NCBI GenBank assembly: GCA_002448445.1
Contig: DJYC01000112.1
Location: 51,334 to 115,333, forward strand
Direction of reading: 5' to 3'
Source: Treponema sp. UBA6988
GTDB lineage: Bacteria; Spirochaetota; Spirochaetia; Treponematales; Treponemataceae
DNA length: 64,000 nucleotides
Below the pieces are notes generated by a model. That model made no database searches. It saw only the letters and a program-made list of their open reading frames with translations, and was not told the DNA's origin. The translations under genes and the position numbers were made by a program. Positions 60,448-64,000 of this stretch are shown here, one piece after another; the stretch's first letter is position 1, and each line of letters begins with the position of its first letter.

Positions 60448-61105
60448 AAATAAGCGTCATCAAGCCAAGAAAAATCATAAAATAAAGGCTCACGCAAAAC
60501 TGGGTAATTCTTGCAACTCTCTTAATTGCAGGAAGTCTTTTTGCCACAAAGGGAATTCCAAAAAGTGGAATAAAAAATGGCAGGGTTCCAATGTAGAAAA
60601 GGATAAAATAGAAAAGTCCTGAAAGCCCCTTGCCGCCAAAAATTGAACGGAGGATTGCAGTCCAAAGTGGCGGGCAAACATGAAGTCCCACTGCCAATCC
60701 CGAGCAGATTGCCGTTACCCAGTCATTTCCAATGTGACGGAGTTTTGGAGAGTGGCATCCATTTGAATAAGCATTGGCATTACCGCAACCCCATGGGAAC
60801 TTTACCCCCAGAGAATTAACGAGAAGAGCTAGTCCACAGAAAATATATGCATAAACCGAAAGTTTACGCGCAAGCACCGGATCCATATAGCTATTGACGA
60901 CCAATCCTGCAGCCGAAAAAACTGCCCCCAGTATAAAATACATTACAAGCCGGCCGCCAAGGAAAGTCCCTATCAGGCCTGAGCTTCTTTTGTAACTTAC
61001 TTTGTCTGAACCAGACAAAAATGGGATTAATACGGGTGCACAGTACATTGTGCAATATGTCCCTGTAGAAAGACCCAGTAAAATTGCTTCTAAAATCATA
61101 GCCAC
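60440..61105 (-). CDS. DsbD_2 / TauE-like membrane protein
   Basis: GLSTGTYCTMYCAP, GRL..Y, GLHVCPP, FYIGT. Confidence 0.75.
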   Translation of the reverse strand: MAMILEAILLGLSTGTYCTMYCAPVLIPFLSGSDKVSYKRSSGLIGTFLGGRLVMYFILGAVFSAAGLVVNSYMDPVLARKLSVYAYIFCGLALLVNSLGVKFPWGCGNANAYSNGCHSPKLRHIGNDWVTAICSGLAVGLHVCPPLWTAILRSIFGGKGLSGLFYFILFYIGTLPFFIPLFGIPFVAKRLPAIKRVARITQFCVSLYFMIFLGLMTLIFG

Positions 61106-61113
61106 TCCGTTTT

Positions 61114-61743
61114 CTATTCTGAATAAATATCAAGCATTTTCTTAGCCCTCTTTCCTGATTCTGACTCAGGAGCTGCTTGGGCGGCTTCTTCAAAAAGTTC
61201 AAGGGCTGTATCAAGGTCGCCTGAATCAAGATAAAAAAAGGCACAGTATAAATAAGCCTCAGCCTTATCACAGTCCGAAAGCTGCTCGATTTTTCCTTCA
61301 TCAATAAAAAATTCAACATCGCTTTTTATGATGCCATATCTTTTGAGCGGAGAAGTCCTGCTCACTTCAATTCCATTTTCAAGACGAAGCAAACGGCAAA
61401 AAACGTTTTTCGAATCCATAGCAACAGCCTTGTCTATAAACTGATTTCCCTTTTCAAGAAAACCAAGGGATTTCATAGGATTGTCGCCGGCAAGAAAACT
61501 CGCTTTTACAGTAAGGGCACTTCCATAAACTGCGGACGCTATCGCATCACTCTGGGTAAAAGGCTTAAGCAGAGCGAGACAGTCTTCAATCAAGCCCTGA
61601 GGATTTTTTTCTCCTGCTGAACGGGCACGGTTGTGATATTCAATGCCTTTTTGAATTTGAGGGGTTGCCTCTTGAGCAAAAAGGGTATTAGCCCCAAGTC
61701 CAATAATCAAAATCCAAAGTCCGGCCAAAATTGTTTTTTTCAT
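61114..61743 (-). CDS. Secreted TPR-like protein
   Basis: Signal peptide; AVYGSALTVKA..IDKAV helical motif. Confidence 0.7.
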   Translation of the reverse strand: MKKTILAGLWILIIGLGANTLFAQEATPQIQKGIEYHNRARSAGEKNPQGLIEDCLALLKPFTQSDAIASAVYGSALTVKASFLAGDNPMKSLGFLEKGNQFIDKAVAMDSKNVFCRLLRLENGIEVSRTSPLKRYGIIKSDVEFFIDEGKIEQLSDCDKAEAYLYCAFFYLDSGDLDTALELFEEAAQAAPESESGKRAKKMLDIYSE

Positions 61744-61767
61744 AATTTTTTCCTCCAGTAAATTTAT

Positions 61768-62988
61768 TCAGAAGCTCTGCATTGCTGCAAAAACAAATTT
61801 TCCTTTTCTCTCATGGTTTATCCCGTATGATAAATTAAAATAAGCAAAAACCGGGCAATCAAAATTAATCAAAAGGCCAAGGCCGTAAGCATCCAGAAAG
61901 CGATTGTCCTTGGCAGAATAGTCCTGTGCCAGCGCAAGATCCGTAAACAGATAAGGGGCAAAAGTTACTGGGAAAGCTGGCGGCATATTAAAGTCCAGGG
62001 CATTCCATCTGATTTCCGCAGAGAAAAGGCCGTAGCTATCTGTCTCAAGTTCTTCTTTTGTGTAACCGGAACGGATTCCTCTGTTTGCAAGGCCAAGACC
62101 GTCATACAAATCTATGGATGTTTTTTCAAGATTAATCTTTACATCTTCAGAAGAATAAATTACAGCTCCTCCACTCAATAGTCCTGCAAGGGTAATTTTT
62201 TTATTAGGGTTAAAATCCAGATTTATGGCTGCCTCTATGCTGTCTGATTTAAAATCATCTGAGGAATTATTAAAGGAGCGAAGTTCAGCATTCGCTATAA
62301 ATTTTTCAGAAAATAAAAGCGTATAATAAAAATAAGGAGAAATTGTAATGAGCGAAGGCTTATTCTCCCGAACTGTAATCTGATCTCTCGTGTCAACACC
62401 CAGCCTAATATCTGGTCCTGCAAAAAATCCTGTTTTCAAATACGCGTCAAAAGCAAGAGGTTCTTTTTTCGCAATGCTCTGAGCTGCATTTGTAAAAAAC
62501 TTAGCTCCAAAAATCAGAGGCAAACCAAAAGTGTTTTCATCAATATAACTTGCTCCAGTCTTGTTATAGCCAAGATATCCAGCCAGCATATTTCTTTTAC
62601 CGCCAAGGCCAACCTTGCCAAAAAATCCATAGGCATTCCCACCACCAAATCTGAGCAAAAATCCAGTGCGTGCAGAAATATAAATTACTATGGTTTCGGG
62701 ATTTTTCCGCGACTCATGGGCTTCGACCTGTGCAGAGTAAAAAAGGCCGCTGTTCATAAGGCGTATTTTTGTCCTTTCAACTTCTTTCTGTATTGCCTTC
62801 TGACTAAAAGTTTTATTTTCGCGGAATTTTGTATAACTCAAAATTGTAGGACTTTTGACTTCTTCTTCATCGAGTAAAATTTTTATTTTAGAGACAAGAA
62901 CTTTTTTAGATGGAATTCCTTCAGCACAAAAAAGCATTGGAGAAGAGAAAATAAAGCATAGTAAAAATATAATACCGCGCTGTGTCAT
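61768..62988 (-). CDS. POTRA + beta-barrel (Omp85/BamA/TamA-like) outer-membrane protein
   Basis: Signal peptide, RLMNSGLF POTRA motif, IRSGY, SAEIRW, terminal QSF. Confidence 0.7.
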   Translation of the reverse strand: MTQRGIIFLLCFIFSSPMLFCAEGIPSKKVLVSKIKILLDEEEVKSPTILSYTKFRENKTFSQKAIQKEVERTKIRLMNSGLFYSAQVEAHESRKNPETIVIYISARTGFLLRFGGGNAYGFFGKVGLGGKRNMLAGYLGYNKTGASYIDENTFGLPLIFGAKFFTNAAQSIAKKEPLAFDAYLKTGFFAGPDIRLGVDTRDQITVRENKPSLITISPYFYYTLLFSEKFIANAELRSFNNSSDDFKSDSIEAAINLDFNPNKKITLAGLLSGGAVIYSSEDVKINLEKTSIDLYDGLGLANRGIRSGYTKEELETDSYGLFSAEIRWNALDFNMPPAFPVTFAPYLFTDLALAQDYSAKDNRFLDAYGLGLLINFDCPVFAYFNLSYGINHERKGKFVFAAMQSF

Positions 62989-62995
62989 GGCTTGA

Positions 62996-63071
62996 ATAAT
63001 AAGATGGAATCATTTGGAAGACAATATACTTTTTGCCAAGATGTAAAAAAACAGAGTTATGATGCGGAAAA
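62996..63071 (-). promoter_or_regulatory. sigma70 promoter with 21-bp-spaced imperfect direct repeats (possible LytTR site)
   Basis: TTGTCT-17-TATTAT, 7 nt before the ATG; on the + strand GATGTAAAAAA (63040) and GATGCGGAAAA (63061). Confidence 0.45.
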
Positions 63072-63091
63072 AGAGAGGTGAAATTTTTGTC

Positions 63092-63997
63092 TTAGAACAA
63101 ATCCAACATTGAATCCAGATAAATCTCTTCCCGCACTTCAAGATGATGCTTGGGCTTTGTCATATAGTACAAAATGAATTCTAAAAGCAGGGCAGAACCA
63201 AGACCACGGCCTTCTATTTTAAAATTTGAAAATCCAAGGGGCAGATAAGTTTCTCGAATATTTTCAAGACTGATAAAAGATGGATTTTTCATTGCAAGCG
63301 AAAACCGATAACCGCGTTCGCTACCTGGCTGACGGCATTTGTGGCTTGCCACAATTTCTCCAAGATTTTTCTGGCTTACATTTTCGTAGCAGGCCTTGCG
63401 GTCGGGACAGTTCATATTGCAACATTCATTACATAAAAACTCAACCTTGTCTTTTTCCGCCTGGTGCAATTGCGACAGTTTGTCAAAGGACTTGTTCAGA
63501 CGAAAATCTGGAACCACATATTTAAACTCTGGCCGCTTCAATTCTTTCTCAAAATCAGAAAAATCTGTAAGCACTTTTGTTGTCGATGAAACAAGATAAA
63601 GCGCCGGGAACCTTGCAATCAAATATTCCGCAAGCAAATCTGAATGTACAACAACTCCGCTTGCAACATTCGTTTTTTCAAAAGCTGAACATAGCCCATT
63701 GCATTTTTTATCAGAAAGATGTTCTGTGCGAAGCAGCGAATTACTAAATGTCAGCCGGGATGAAATTTCATAATCATTCATCAGAGAAATTACATCAGCA
63801 GCATCTGCATCTCCAAAGGCCGCCCGTCCTCCTCCCCAAAGGCAGTCGCCTGGAGCTCCATAAATAGATGCAATATGGCACCAGTCGTAAAACCATTCAC
63901 GGTGCTCCCGCCAGAGAGGAAGAAAAACTTTGTAAAAATCGTAGAACTCGAAAAGCCCAGGAAGGTGGTAGCAGGCACTTTTCATTTTTCCTGCCAT
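63092..63997 (-). CDS. Peptidase U32-like Cys-rich (putative Fe-S) protein
   Basis: SSTTK, NECC...CPDR...Y, FKIEGR. Confidence 0.6.
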   Translation of the reverse strand: MAGKMKSACYHLPGLFEFYDFYKVFLPLWREHREWFYDWCHIASIYGAPGDCLWGGGRAAFGDADAADVISLMNDYEISSRLTFSNSLLRTEHLSDKKCNGLCSAFEKTNVASGVVVHSDLLAEYLIARFPALYLVSSTTKVLTDFSDFEKELKRPEFKYVVPDFRLNKSFDKLSQLHQAEKDKVEFLCNECCNMNCPDRKACYENVSQKNLGEIVASHKCRQPGSERGYRFSLAMKNPSFISLENIRETYLPLGFSNFKIEGRGLGSALLLEFILYYMTKPKHHLEVREEIYLDSMLDLF

Positions 63998-64000
63998 CTT

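Overview
64-kb chromosomal window, most likely from an anaerobic, host-associated Treponema-like spirochaete (inferred from gene content and lipoprotein style, not proven). It holds about 50 protein genes, including pncB, nrdD, proBA, glmS, an XPB helicase pair, GH26/GH1 hydrolases, two MATE pumps, ABC systems and signalling proteins, plus one tRNA-Ala(GGC) and several pseudogenes. Highlights: (1) a nitrogenase-like NifD/NifK pair, split over divergent operons with a cystine-type ABC importer and a RibD_C reductase, with no nifH nearby; (2) a dispersed ~85-nt repeat with covarying stems in about 10 copies, often inside modular composite repeats; (3) a 3.5-kb Rpn nuclease + porin segment bracketed by near-identical inverted copies of that repeat; (4) a tandem array that regenerates the tRNA 3' end three times; (5) an uncharacterised LytTR-linked envelope/redox operon; (6) an orphan, catalytically degenerate JetD-like gene; (7) many apparently leaderless genes. 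No CRISPR array or rRNA was seen. All calls come from reading motifs by eye; no database searches were run.
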